Shown here one piece after another: positions 18,036-26,605 of a DNA stretch of 32,352 bases. Under the pieces are notes generated by a model that saw only the letters and a program-made list of their open reading frames with translations, was not told the origin of the DNA and did no database searches. The stretch is from a virus. Its lineage: Duplodnaviria > Caudoviricetes. The stretch spans positions 1 to 32,352 of the IMG/VR virus record IMGVR_UViG_3300042289_000155; one strand, given 5' to 3'. Position 1 is the first letter of the stretch. Every line of letters begins with the position of its first letter. Both the position numbers and the translations under genes were made by a program.

Positions 18036-19232
18036 AATGTAGGAATAGGTGCAGTACCAACATATAAATTATATGTTAAAAATGGGTATACGGTTATAGG
18101 GGCGCACAACACTACGACAATACCAAATTCCAATACCAGTGGCGGTGTGGGTGTTTATTGGAATAGATCTTCTGGATCTGCCGAGACTAATCTTGTAAAT
18201 CTGTTTGATAACGCAGGAGTCTCGTTTGAATTTGCTCAAAAAACGGGAGCCGCTACGCAGAATTTACTTTTGCGAATGTCGTCATCAGACTTTCAAGTAT
18301 ACACTAATAACACAGAACGGATGCGGATTGATAACGCGGGGAATGTGGGTATCGGGGGAACGCCAGTTACAGGCGCATCGCTTAGCCTGCTTAAAAACAT
18401 AACCGGCGCAGCAACAACGTACGGCGTGCTGAATTACCCGACCATCTTATCTGGTGTAACCACAGCGGCGAACCTTTTTCAGACTTTACCGACAACCCAA
18501 GCGGCGGCGTTCACTTTAACAACGCTCAGACACTACTACGCAAATTCTCAAGCTTTTGGCGCTGGCTCTGCCGTCACCAACCAATTCGGTTTTCATGCTG
18601 AGTCATCCCTCACAGGAGCCACCAACAACTACGGCTTCTATTCCAACATAGCCTCTGCTTCAGGCCGCTACAACTTCTACGCGGCTGGCACTGCTATCAA
18701 TTACTTCGCGGGTAGTATTGGTATAGGCGGCGATCCTAGCGTTTCCCTAGAATTATTCGCCAGTGCAACAAACTGGGTAAGGAATAATTCTGCGGCTGGT
18801 ATTCCTGTTTTTGCAGCTTATCGGTCAAACGGAACAATATCATCTAAAACAATCGTAGCTTCTAATGATGAAGCTGGGCGTTTTGATGTACGCGGTTGGG
18901 ATGGTGCTAACTTTATTCAACTAGCGCAAATCAATTTTTATGTGGACGGCACTCCCGGTATTAACGATATGCCGGGGAGAATTGTTTTTCAAACAACTGC
19001 TGATGGTGCTTCGAGTCCTACACCTAGGATGACGATTGATAATTCTGGAAACATATATTCGACTACTGGCACTACGGCAATGACAAGTGGGTTCTTTTAC
19101 ATACCCTCCGCTGCTGGCGCTCCATCTGGTGTACCAACTGCTGTATCAGGTCGAGTGCCAATGTTTTATGACACGACTAACAACAACTTTTACATTTATA
19201 ATGGGGCTTGGAAGAAAGTTCTGTTGGCTTAA
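17466..19232 (+). CDS. Tail fibre protein 2, 588 aa, paralog of fibre 1
   Basis: First 190 aa colinear with fibre 1; GNVGIG repeats; C-terminal YDTTNNNFYIYNGAWK; SD AAGGAG. Confidence 0.85.
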   Translation: MASVTFPVELGGDGSTVTDDASPTTGLRNGGWRTRFVPCLTNTVAIANEVATRTIFGSDTSVTSNSIGVGSKVFATAGLLRWAAGMYVTVARTSAPTASNMYGQVTAYNAFTSQVTINITNVVGSGTFTDWTIAIAPPGLAAFSFTGATTIAVNSTSDALRVTQTGTGNALVVEDSANPDATPFVIDTDGNVGIGAVPTYKLYVKNGYTVIGAHNTTTIPNSNTSGGVGVYWNRSSGSAETNLVNLFDNAGVSFEFAQKTGAATQNLLLRMSSSDFQVYTNNTERMRIDNAGNVGIGGTPVTGASLSLLKNITGAATTYGVLNYPTILSGVTTAANLFQTLPTTQAAAFTLTTLRHYYANSQAFGAGSAVTNQFGFHAESSLTGATNNYGFYSNIASASGRYNFYAAGTAINYFAGSIGIGGDPSVSLELFASATNWVRNNSAAGIPVFAAYRSNGTISSKTIVASNDEAGRFDVRGWDGANFIQLAQINFYVDGTPGINDMPGRIVFQTTADGASSPTPRMTIDNSGNIYSTTGTTAMTSGFFYIPSAAGAPSGVPTAVSGRVPMFYDTTNNNFYIYNGAWKKVLLA

Positions 19233-19252
19233 TCATCTTAGAGGAAAAACAA

Positions 19253-19588
19253 ATGGCAATATCAATCGAATGGGATATAACGCACGTTTCAGTAGTAGAT
19301 GTTAACAACTTAAAGAGCGTAGCGGTTCAAGTATGCTTTGACGTTAAAGGTTCAGATGGCAAGTTGCAAGGCTTCACGCAAAGCGACGTAATGCTCGGTG
19401 AAACCGATCCTGCCAAATTCACCGCTATTGAGAAAGTGACTAAAGAGCAGATGGTATCTTGGACAAAGGCCGCTTTAGGTGGTAGAGTTAAAGAGTTCGA
19501 GGACAGAGTTATCGAACAGATCGAAAGACAGCGAATCCCGCAACCTAGACCTTTTATACCAGAATGGGCAAAGAAAGATGAGCAATGA
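19253..19588 (+). CDS. Fibre-associated hypothetical protein (possible fibre chaperone)
   Basis: SD GAGGA before ATG 19253; F...E.VT.EQ...W.KAALG pattern seen after tail fibre genes. Confidence 0.7.
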   Translation: MAISIEWDITHVSVVDVNNLKSVAVQVCFDVKGSDGKLQGFTQSDVMLGETDPAKFTAIEKVTKEQMVSWTKAALGGRVKEFEDRVIEQIERQRIPQPRPFIPEWAKKDEQ

Positions 19589-19733
19589 TATTCAGCTATA
19601 CCTAACCGCAGAAGAAGTAAACGGCATCCTGAATATGTTGGCTGAAATGCCAACAAAGACTAATGCTTGGCCTGTAATGCAGAAGATCCAGCAGCAGGTC
19701 AAGGATCAGACTTATAAACCTGAAGCCGAGTAG
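19578..19733 (+). CDS. Small helical protein, 51 aa (MSNDIQLYLTAEEVNGIL..KIQQQ)
   Basis: Overlaps the previous stop; L.LT.EEVN.IL..L...P....KI..Q pattern typical of fibre-adjacent genes. Confidence 0.7.
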   Translation: MSNDIQLYLTAEEVNGILNMLAEMPTKTNAWPVMQKIQQQVKDQTYKPEAE

Positions 19734-19947
19734 GATCTAAGCCAGCAGCGACGGTAGCATCCAGTTTCCGTCGCTGTTCTGGGCTGTACTTGGGTAGCGG
19801 CATCCATGCCACAAAGCCACCTTCCTCATACCAGTCCCCGATAATCGCCCCGCCGTTCAAAGTCCTGAGTAGCAACTTCGTTGCCTTGGGTGGAAGTTCA
19901 TCTATCACAAGTCGCCATTGCGGGTCGCGTTCAGCCAAATACCTCAC
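19699..19947 (-). CDS. Hypothetical protein (DUF551-like)
   Basis: W..I.E.PP...AWMPLP motif; GTGA overlap with the helicase stop. Confidence 0.7.
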   Translation of the reverse strand: MRYLAERDPQWRLVIDELPPKATKLLLRTLNGGAIIGDWYEEGGFVAWMPLPKYSPEQRRKLDATVAAGLDPTRLQVYKSDP

Positions 19948-21299
19948 TTCAGCGCCTCCATAAGTGCTTCCAGAATTGTTTTCTTGTTGTCCACTCGTTC
20001 CATGACCACCCGATCTATCGTGCCTTTGGCTAAGATATAGTAAATGAACACCGGCCTATTGAGTCCAGCCTGTGCCTGTCGCACTGGCCCAATGCGCTCG
20101 ATAACCTGCAATCGTTCTTCCAGATTCCAGTCAATCCCGTAAAAGCACAGGATGTTGCTCCCGTATTGCAGGTTTAGGCCATGCCCTGCACTTTTGGGAT
20201 GCACGAACATGATGGGAATCTTGCCAGCGTTCCAGTCGTCAATCGTCTTGGGATCTTTGCCGATAGCCTTGCCTTTCGGAAATCGTTTGAGCAGCCTTTC
20301 CAGATCCGCTTTGAAATTGTAAGCGACCAACACCGGCATACCGTTGGCTTCTTCGATTACAGACTCAAGCGCGTCTAGCTTTGCATCATGCAAGACCTCA
20401 TAACCTTCTTCCGTGTAAATAAAACCAGATGCAATCTGCAAGCATTTCTGTGTCTTACTTGCCGCATTTACAGCCTCAATTTCTTCACCAGAAGTAAGTT
20501 CAAGAAACATCTTTTCTTGCATATCAAGATAGACATTCATTGCGGCTTTAGGCAAATTTACTTCAATGACTCCGACTATTGGCTTTGCAATGTCGAAATG
20601 GTCAGCCACATCTAGCGCGTAAACCACATCCTTGATGCGGCTTTCGATTTCATCTTGTGACCAAGCATAAGGCTCTAGGCGCGTAGCAAACTCGCTGTCA
20701 CCTACCCTTACGCTTCGGAACCATCTTTCTATAAAGGCTGTGTATGAGTCTCCCAGACGCTTTCCTCTGTCAACGAACCACAACTGGCCCCAGAGATCTT
20801 GCAGTCCATTGGGCGCAATAGTCCCAGTCAGGCCGATGAACCGAGAAGAACGGTGAGCATACACGCCAAGTGCTTTGGCTCTTACGCTACCTTGCCGCGT
20901 CCTGAAGCCTTTTAGCTTTGTGCTTTCGTCTGAGATTATGATCTTAAAAGGCCAGCGTTTGTTCAGCGTCTTTCTAAGCCAAGGCAGATTTTCATAGTTC
21001 GTAACGTATATGTCGGCGTTCGACTCCAAAGCCTTCTTTCTTGCGTCTGGTTTGCCTGTTATGACCGATATTCTCAAGTGCTTCAGGTGAGGCCACTTTA
21101 TAACCTCACCGGGCCACGTTGATTCGGCTACCCGCAATGGGGCCAATACCAAAGCTGGGAATATATCCTCGCTCAAGGCCAGATTGTCGAGTGTCGTCAA
21201 GGTAGTGAGTGATTTGCCCATGCCCATTGGCATACATAAAATTGAGCGTTTTGTCTTTGACAAAAAATCAGCAGCGTCTTTTTGATACGGTCTTAGCAT
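19944..21299 (-). CDS. SNF2-family helicase
   Basis: LRPYQ, MGMGKS, DES, LTGT..PN, HPKSAGHGLNLQ. Confidence 0.95.
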   Translation of the reverse strand: MLRPYQKDAADFLSKTKRSILCMPMGMGKSLTTLTTLDNLALSEDIFPALVLAPLRVAESTWPGEVIKWPHLKHLRISVITGKPDARKKALESNADIYVTNYENLPWLRKTLNKRWPFKIIISDESTKLKGFRTRQGSVRAKALGVYAHRSSRFIGLTGTIAPNGLQDLWGQLWFVDRGKRLGDSYTAFIERWFRSVRVGDSEFATRLEPYAWSQDEIESRIKDVVYALDVADHFDIAKPIVGVIEVNLPKAAMNVYLDMQEKMFLELTSGEEIEAVNAASKTQKCLQIASGFIYTEEGYEVLHDAKLDALESVIEEANGMPVLVAYNFKADLERLLKRFPKGKAIGKDPKTIDDWNAGKIPIMFVHPKSAGHGLNLQYGSNILCFYGIDWNLEERLQVIERIGPVRQAQAGLNRPVFIYYILAKGTIDRVVMERVDNKKTILEALMEALK

Positions 21300-21562
21300 A
21301 TTATTTTATCGACTAATTCTTTGCTATCTATAACTTCTACATGGACACCTGCATCGCGCAAACGCTTTATCTCACGTTCCTGATGCGGCTCCGGCACTTT
21401 GCCGGGTGCTTTGAGTTCGATCAGCATGACAGGTTTATCGGGCAGTTTGACGAACCGATCTGGCGCACCTCGTCGGCCAATCCATTTGAGTTTTCTGACA
21501 AGGCCACCCAAGGCCGAGACTCTCTCGACAAGGTATTTTTCGATCTCAGATTCGCGCATCAA
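21293..21562 (-). CDS. VRR-NUC domain nuclease
   Basis: RESEIE, GAPDR, IELKAPG, Q.RE...L. Confidence 0.93.
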   Translation of the reverse strand: MMRESEIEKYLVERVSALGGLVRKLKWIGRRGAPDRFVKLPDKPVMLIELKAPGKVPEPHQEREIKRLRDAGVHVEVIDSKELVDKIIC

Positions 21563-23886
21563 TCCTTCCTATATCGGTATGTCTCGAAGCCAGCAGCAGC
21601 GAGTGGCAACCCTTCGGCCCATTCATGAGTGGTGGACATGATCTCAGCCAGAGTCTCAGAATTGTAGTCATCGGTATCTGGGGTTTCCGATATGACTTCA
21701 TCGTGGACGGTCAAACAAATGTCGTAACCGGCTTTTTCTATATGCGGCATACTGTAAGCTAGAACATCACGCGCTACGGCTTGCGTGATATTTTCAACGA
21801 TCTTGCCGCCGTAGGTATCCTGTCTACGCCACTTCTTCGTGAACTGGTCTACTCCAAAATAGGTTATCTTGCCTTCTTCATCGACTTTGATAGTTGGGTA
21901 GCACAAATACCTGCCACTCGGTAGTCGAACGCGAAGCCATGAACCTTCGTTGGATATGGCTATCGTCGGGCCTTGACGCTTGCTGATAACCTTCACACCC
22001 AGTTTGGTTTCCTCGCCTGTCTCGTCCACCCAGCAGGGGCTTACCCAGACCTGTTGCCCACTTTGGATGCGCCTGAAGTGTCCTCGCCTATAATGCCCGA
22101 CGCGCCCATTAAACTCGCGGCGTACTTTGGCGGCTGCAATCTGTTCAACCAGATCGTAGTCGCCACCTACGCAAATGACATGACTGGGACAGCTTACAGC
22201 GGCCTGAATCGCCTTTTCTACGTCCCTCCAGTATGACGAAACGGCTGGGTGGGCTTGGCGCCATGCGGCCTTGAAAACATCGCAGACGATCCATGCCGTT
22301 TCGGACAGGTCGAAGGTACTCATTCCCTTTTCTTTCGCCCATTGGTACATCCCCTTAGATGAATCCCAAGCCTCTTTCGATATTGCGGATAGAGCCGACT
22401 CTGCCATCTTCTCAAGGTCGATACCATAAGCAGCAGCAAAGGTTACAAACGCGCCTACTGAACCCTGATAGCCCAAAGCTAACTCCATCACCTTGCCGAC
22501 CTGCCTCTGGTCTTTGGATACGTCTTTTGCTTCTATACCAAAAGATTTAGCATAGGCCAGCTTGTAAAGATCATGACCGCACCGCTCCCAAGGGTCGTCA
22601 TGCTTGCCTGTCGGAATGAGGTCGCCGTTGGCGTCCAGCTTCAGCGTGTCGTACAGCTTGAAAGCGTCAATCTTCCACGTTTCACCCGCCAGCCATGCCA
22701 AGACACGACCTTCGATGTTGCTGAGATCCGCTATTACCAACTTCCGGCCCTCTGGGGCCACGATGCAACCACGTACGGCGCTTGACAAGAGTTCCATGAC
22801 GTTATCCGAAACCAGATCCTCTATTCCGGCTTTAATCGCCGCAATGCCGGTATCTATTGCGGCGTTTTTCAGAGTCGGTCTGCCAAGGTTCTGTGGCTGG
22901 AATGTGCGTCCTGCCCAACGGCCTGTCCGACTGGCCCCGCAGAATTGCAAAGTGCCTTTCAGCCGGTCGTCATGTGTCACGGCCCGAATTAAAGTGTCGT
23001 ATTTGGCGGTACTGGTACTGGCAGATTGCATCCTGATCGTTAGAAGTTCGCGGGCTTCTTGGGGCAGGTCGCCAAAGGCCAGATAATCGCGCACAGTGGC
23101 CTTTTGCAAGTCAGGCAGGTTCACACCACAGTCGCGCAAATAGTCGAGCGTAGCATCGCGCTGAGTGGCTGATGACACCATGCCAAGTGTCATTATTCGA
23201 GTCTGGTAGGACAATCGCTGTTGCTCCTGATCCGTAGCCCGGACAGCCGCCTTCGCCAGCGCAACGTCGATTGCGACACCCCGGTCGTTGGTATTCTGGT
23301 CGAGCCGCCAGAGATCCACCTCGGCTTGGGTAGAATTCCATTTCGGCATCCGTTTATAGCACTCGCGCATAGCCAAAATGTCAGATCCCGCATAAGAGAC
23401 AAACCGCGCCCAATCGTCGGGATGCGACTCGCGGGTTGCTCGACGCAATTTGCGGTTCTTCCCAAGCGGCTTGCAGAATTGCAGAATCAACCGGCGACCT
23501 TCCTTATCTTTTGCCAAGTCCGTTGGGATCTTCAGCACATCGCAGAGTGAGCCAAGCGATGCAGGTAAAGAGTGTGCCAGCGCCATCACCATCGTGTCGC
23601 GCCAGCGTTCGATTCTGGGACAAAGATCAGGGTAGACTGCCCTAAGTACGGTGCGGTCAAAATTGCTGTTGTGGGCTATCACAGTGCGCTCCGAATCGCG
23701 CAATGCTTCCACCAAAGGGGTCGGCATTGTGGGATCTAAAGTTGCATCCCACACTGCGACTGGGCCATCATCCAGAGCGTAGGCCGCTATCATAATCTCG
23801 ACCTTCTGGGCGTATGCGTAGACGCCATCTTTGATAGGCGTCTCGCAGTACGTTTCAAAATCCAACCATAGAATCTTGTCTACCAT
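21559..23886 (-). CDS. Family A DNA polymerase with 3'-5' exonuclease (APSE-type)
   Basis: Exo motifs LDFET, AHNSNFD, YAGSD; motif A DLSNIEGR, motif B RQVGKVMELALGY, motif C VHDE. Confidence 0.96.
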   Translation of the reverse strand: MVDKILWLDFETYCETPIKDGVYAYAQKVEIMIAAYALDDGPVAVWDATLDPTMPTPLVEALRDSERTVIAHNSNFDRTVLRAVYPDLCPRIERWRDTMVMALAHSLPASLGSLCDVLKIPTDLAKDKEGRRLILQFCKPLGKNRKLRRATRESHPDDWARFVSYAGSDILAMRECYKRMPKWNSTQAEVDLWRLDQNTNDRGVAIDVALAKAAVRATDQEQQRLSYQTRIMTLGMVSSATQRDATLDYLRDCGVNLPDLQKATVRDYLAFGDLPQEARELLTIRMQSASTSTAKYDTLIRAVTHDDRLKGTLQFCGASRTGRWAGRTFQPQNLGRPTLKNAAIDTGIAAIKAGIEDLVSDNVMELLSSAVRGCIVAPEGRKLVIADLSNIEGRVLAWLAGETWKIDAFKLYDTLKLDANGDLIPTGKHDDPWERCGHDLYKLAYAKSFGIEAKDVSKDQRQVGKVMELALGYQGSVGAFVTFAAAYGIDLEKMAESALSAISKEAWDSSKGMYQWAKEKGMSTFDLSETAWIVCDVFKAAWRQAHPAVSSYWRDVEKAIQAAVSCPSHVICVGGDYDLVEQIAAAKVRREFNGRVGHYRRGHFRRIQSGQQVWVSPCWVDETGEETKLGVKVISKRQGPTIAISNEGSWLRVRLPSGRYLCYPTIKVDEEGKITYFGVDQFTKKWRRQDTYGGKIVENITQAVARDVLAYSMPHIEKAGYDICLTVHDEVISETPDTDDYNSETLAEIMSTTHEWAEGLPLAAAGFETYRYRKD

Positions 23887-24818
23887 GTCCCCTCTAGCGA
23901 TGATGAACTTTGGTACTCCGTTACCCGAGTCTCAAAGAAGTTCTTTTCTTTCTTGATACTCGCCTGTTCATCGAGCCAAGGTAGTGCTTCTTTAGCACCA
24001 AAAACAGGGTCGTATCCTAGCCGTTTCAATCGCTTATCTGCTAAGAACTTAGCATGAGCGATATGGAGTTCAGCATTATACCCTACAATGCTTTTTATAC
24101 AATGGTTAGCCCAAATTTCAATTTTCTTCATAGATGCTTTGAAAAGGTCATGAACTTCGCTTTGATCGGGTCTGGAATTTTGCTCTAACATTATTGATTT
24201 AATAAGTTTAGTACCAAAACCAATGTGCATTGTCTCATCACGATGAATGTACTGAATCTGTTCACCAGTACCCGTCATCAGGCCGCGTCTTTGTAACGAA
24301 TAGATCGCGGCAAAGGCTGTTGGAAAGAATACGCCCTCGAAAATCGAATAGTAAAAAATAAGCGGCAATAGTATGTCTTGAGGATCATTTTGCATTTTCG
24401 ACCAAGAAAACCATTGCGATATTTCAGGCGTTCTTTGATAGAGACTATACACTTCCGTCTGTGGTAGCCCAAGTGTCTCGATAACGTGCTGGTACGAAGC
24501 ACTGTGAATACCTTCCTCTGCAATCTGTCTTGCGATATAAAGTTTAATCTCAGCGGCTTTGATGATTCCATAAACTCGCTCTGTCAGATTTCCTTGAATA
24601 GCTAGGTCGGCTGTCGTCAGGGTGGCAAAGACATGGTAGAACATCCACCTCTCATCTGCGGTCAGTTCCCGTTCATAGCAAGCCTTATCGCGGCCCATGC
24701 TGACCTCCTGCGGTGTCCAGTGATTAGCTAGACTGTGCTGGGCCATTGTCCACGCCCACTCGAACTCGAACGGGGCCAGATTGTAGGTTTCTTCGCCAAA
24801 CAGAATGTGTTTTTTCAT
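23880..24818 (-). CDS. nrdB: Ribonucleotide reductase class I small (beta/R2) subunit
   Basis: W.PQEV, ligand D (TTAD), EEGIHSASY, FEG, RDETMH, tail KKEKNFFETRVTEYQ; SD GGAGG before ATG 24818. Confidence 0.93.
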   Translation of the reverse strand: MKKHILFGEETYNLAPFEFEWAWTMAQHSLANHWTPQEVSMGRDKACYERELTADERWMFYHVFATLTTADLAIQGNLTERVYGIIKAAEIKLYIARQIAEEGIHSASYQHVIETLGLPQTEVYSLYQRTPEISQWFSWSKMQNDPQDILLPLIFYYSIFEGVFFPTAFAAIYSLQRRGLMTGTGEQIQYIHRDETMHIGFGTKLIKSIMLEQNSRPDQSEVHDLFKASMKKIEIWANHCIKSIVGYNAELHIAHAKFLADKRLKRLGYDPVFGAKEALPWLDEQASIKKEKNFFETRVTEYQSSSSLEGTW

Positions 24819-24985
24819 TTCAAGATCCTCCTGTACTCCAAGCATTGTGTCTCAATGCCTATGGTTCCTGCTTTGGTACATTCCCAGTCCACCTCAGACA
24901 GATGCTTACGATTAGGCAGGGTCGATATGCTGTAGGCCAGATAACCTGCGACTAAAATGACACCGATAAGAAATTTGTTTCTCAC
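24815..24985 (-). CDS. Small membrane-anchored protein, about 56 aa
   Basis: GTG 24985 with GGGG SD (start uncertain); N-terminal hydrophobic segment; WECTK..TQCLEY; ATGA overlap with nrdB. Confidence 0.6.
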   Translation of the reverse strand: MRNKFLIGVILVAGYLAYSISTLPNRKHLSEVDWECTKAGTIGIETQCLEYRRILK

Positions 24986-24987
24986 AA

Positions 24988-25080
24988 TCAACCCCATGAC
25001 CATTCTCCAAAAAAAGATAAGATAAAACATATAACCATTACCAATAAAATTAAATCTACGAATCTGCTTTTTGAATACAT
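24988..25080 (-). CDS. 30-aa single-TM peptide (not in ORF track): MYSKSRFVDLILLVMVICFILSFFGEWSWG
   Basis: Fills the gap between neighbouring ORFs; one hydrophobic helix; weak SD. Confidence 0.4.
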   Translation of the reverse strand: MYSKSRFVDLILLVMVICFILSFFGEWSWG

Positions 25081-25226
25081 GATTGTAACACATCTGTTTG
25101 TATTTTATTTAACGCTTCAGCAAGTCTATTATGCAAATAGCTTGGAAAAGGGCGGTCTGTAGCGAACCCCCACGATTCCAGTGCTGATAGCAACATCAAC
25201 AATTCTAGTTTGTCTTGTCTTGTCAT
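25056..25226 (-). CDS. Hypothetical protein, 56 aa (MTRQDKLELLMLLSALESW...)
   Basis: SD GGAGG; ATGA overlap with the upstream stop. Confidence 0.75.
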   Translation of the reverse strand: MTRQDKLELLMLLSALESWGFATDRPFPSYLHNRLAEALNKIQTDVLQSCIQKADS

Positions 25227-25711
25227 TGTTCTTCCTCCGTCGTTTTTAATGCAGTTGATGCGTTTATTTCCCATCTCAATTTTCCGTCCTTATGGACTGG
25301 TTGCCAAACTCTATTCACTCTCGTTGTCCATCCTTTACCTTCTTTCCATGCCGGTGAAATTCCAACAAGTTTAAAATTTGCGCCCCGCAAAGATGCACCT
25401 GATTCGCTATCTAGCGTGTAAGTCACCAATCTTTGTCCTCCCATCGCGTTCCATGCTCTCCAAGCGCATCTGTACAAAAAAGAACAAACATTTTTTGGAG
25501 CGTTTTCGTTAACACACAATCTTGTTACTTCACAGGTCAACCCGTCGTCTAGTTTTCTAGCCACAGGTCTACCAATTATTGCCACTCCAACCAATTCATC
25601 ATCAACAACACATCCAATGCTAAATTTGTGGCCTTGTACTTTTTTGTTGTGCCTATGATGTTCAGTTACAAAAGCATTGGCATCAGCTAAAGTCAAGTTA
25701 ATCACTTTCAT
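25223..25711 (-). CDS. XF1762-family protein (GNAT/Mom-like fold)
   Basis: ANAFV..HHRH, KFSIG, VGVAI.GRPVAR.LDDG.T.EV.RLC, CSFLY, TYTL.SESGASL. Confidence 0.8.
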   Translation of the reverse strand: MKVINLTLADANAFVTEHHRHNKKVQGHKFSIGCVVDDELVGVAIIGRPVARKLDDGLTCEVTRLCVNENAPKNVCSFLYRCAWRAWNAMGGQRLVTYTLDSESGASLRGANFKLVGISPAWKEGKGWTTRVNRVWQPVHKDGKLRWEINASTALKTTEEEQ

Positions 25712-25744
25712 ATCAAATTAAGTCTGACGTAAATTTTATTTCGC

Positions 25745-26044
25745 TCATGCTTCCTCTTCCCATTCAACGTGGACACAAGCTATTCGCTTTGTAGAATTTT
25801 CATCGTTTCTTATATCAGCTTCTTTTTTTGAAGCCCAAACACTGTTGTATGAGTAACCGTATCCGTAAACATTTATCCATCCCTCCTTCTTTACAATCTT
25901 GGGTTTGATGCGATATCGACAATCTTCATAATACGGGGGTACAAGCGGTGGCAAAGGATACCAGCCGCCTTCTTCTTGATATTCAATTTCTTCACCCGCC
26001 GCCCACGCAACGATATAATCATATTGTTTGTGCTTAGTTCCCAT
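25745..26044 (-). CDS. Hypothetical phage protein
   Basis: KH...I.AWA.G.EIE..YRIKP..EGWINVY..RIAC..VEWEE; SD GGAGG. Confidence 0.75.
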   Translation of the reverse strand: MGTKHKQYDYIVAWAAGEEIEYQEEGGWYPLPPLVPPYYEDCRYRIKPKIVKKEGWINVYGYGYSYNSVWASKKEADIRNDENSTKRIACVHVEWEEEA

Positions 26045-26255
26045 TTTCTTCCTCCAACGCTTTTAGTGCGGTTATGACTTTAATGACGGATTCCCATCCC
26101 ATGCTTTCACCGCCTTTAACAAGGTCTCCCAACGCCTCGACCAATCCGTTTACTAAGTCTGCGCGGATATATTGAGTTACATCACCATGTTCGCCACTAG
26201 TGGCTAAATACTGAAAGTTAAAATCATACCAAATCTTTTTCGGTGCTTCGTTCAT
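26034..26255 (-). CDS. Hypothetical phage protein, 73 aa
   Basis: MNEAPKKIW..YIRADL pattern; ATGA overlap; SD GAGG. Confidence 0.7.
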   Translation of the reverse strand: MNEAPKKIWYDFNFQYLATSGEHGDVTQYIRADLVNGLVEALGDLVKGGESMGWESVIKVITALKALEEENGN

Positions 26256-26605
26256 CTCAGTTCCTCTGGTATATCTATTTCTGTACCAAGGTTTGAAGCC
26301 ACATAGCAGCGCATAGCTGCGATGAGGGGCGTTGGGCCATAGCCGAACTTGCCTCCTGCCCCTTTCGCTGTGATGCTTGGGCTGGCTTCCCACTGCATAT
26401 CCTCCGAACAAGGCATATTGCGCCTTATACCGATCTCTTTCCGCTCAATGATCGGCCCACCAAAACTCCAATCGGAAGATGGCTTATATTTGGTGTACTC
26501 TTTAATGTCGTAGAGTAAATCGAGGGTCGATAGGCCATAGCCTTGGGCTTTTGCCACGGCCCAATCAAGGGCGCTTCCGGTCAGTTCACTTGTCTTGATT
26601 TTCAT
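26252..26605 (-). CDS. DUF2591 / NinX-like phage protein
   Basis: KTSELTG.ALDWAVAKA, Y.PS.DW..GGPIIER, GPTPLIAAMRCYV. Confidence 0.85.
   Translation of the reverse strand: MKIKTSELTGSALDWAVAKAQGYGLSTLDLLYDIKEYTKYKPSSDWSFGGPIIERKEIGIRRNMPCSEDMQWEASPSITAKGAGGKFGYGPTPLIAAMRCYVASNLGTEIDIPEELR

Noticed and set aside
69-18402. Many short antisense or alternate-frame ORFs in the track overlapping structural genes
   Set aside because: They are shadows of the long real genes, with no recognisable motifs or start signals.
15215-19232. Diversity-generating retroelement or invertible fibre switch
   Set aside because: The repeats are direct and N-terminal, differences are not adenine-specific, and no reverse transcriptase or invertase is present.
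21973-22161. Polymerase insert as an intein or intron
   Set aside because: No Cys/Ser start with His-Asn end, too short for an intein, and in frame with no recognisable intron core.
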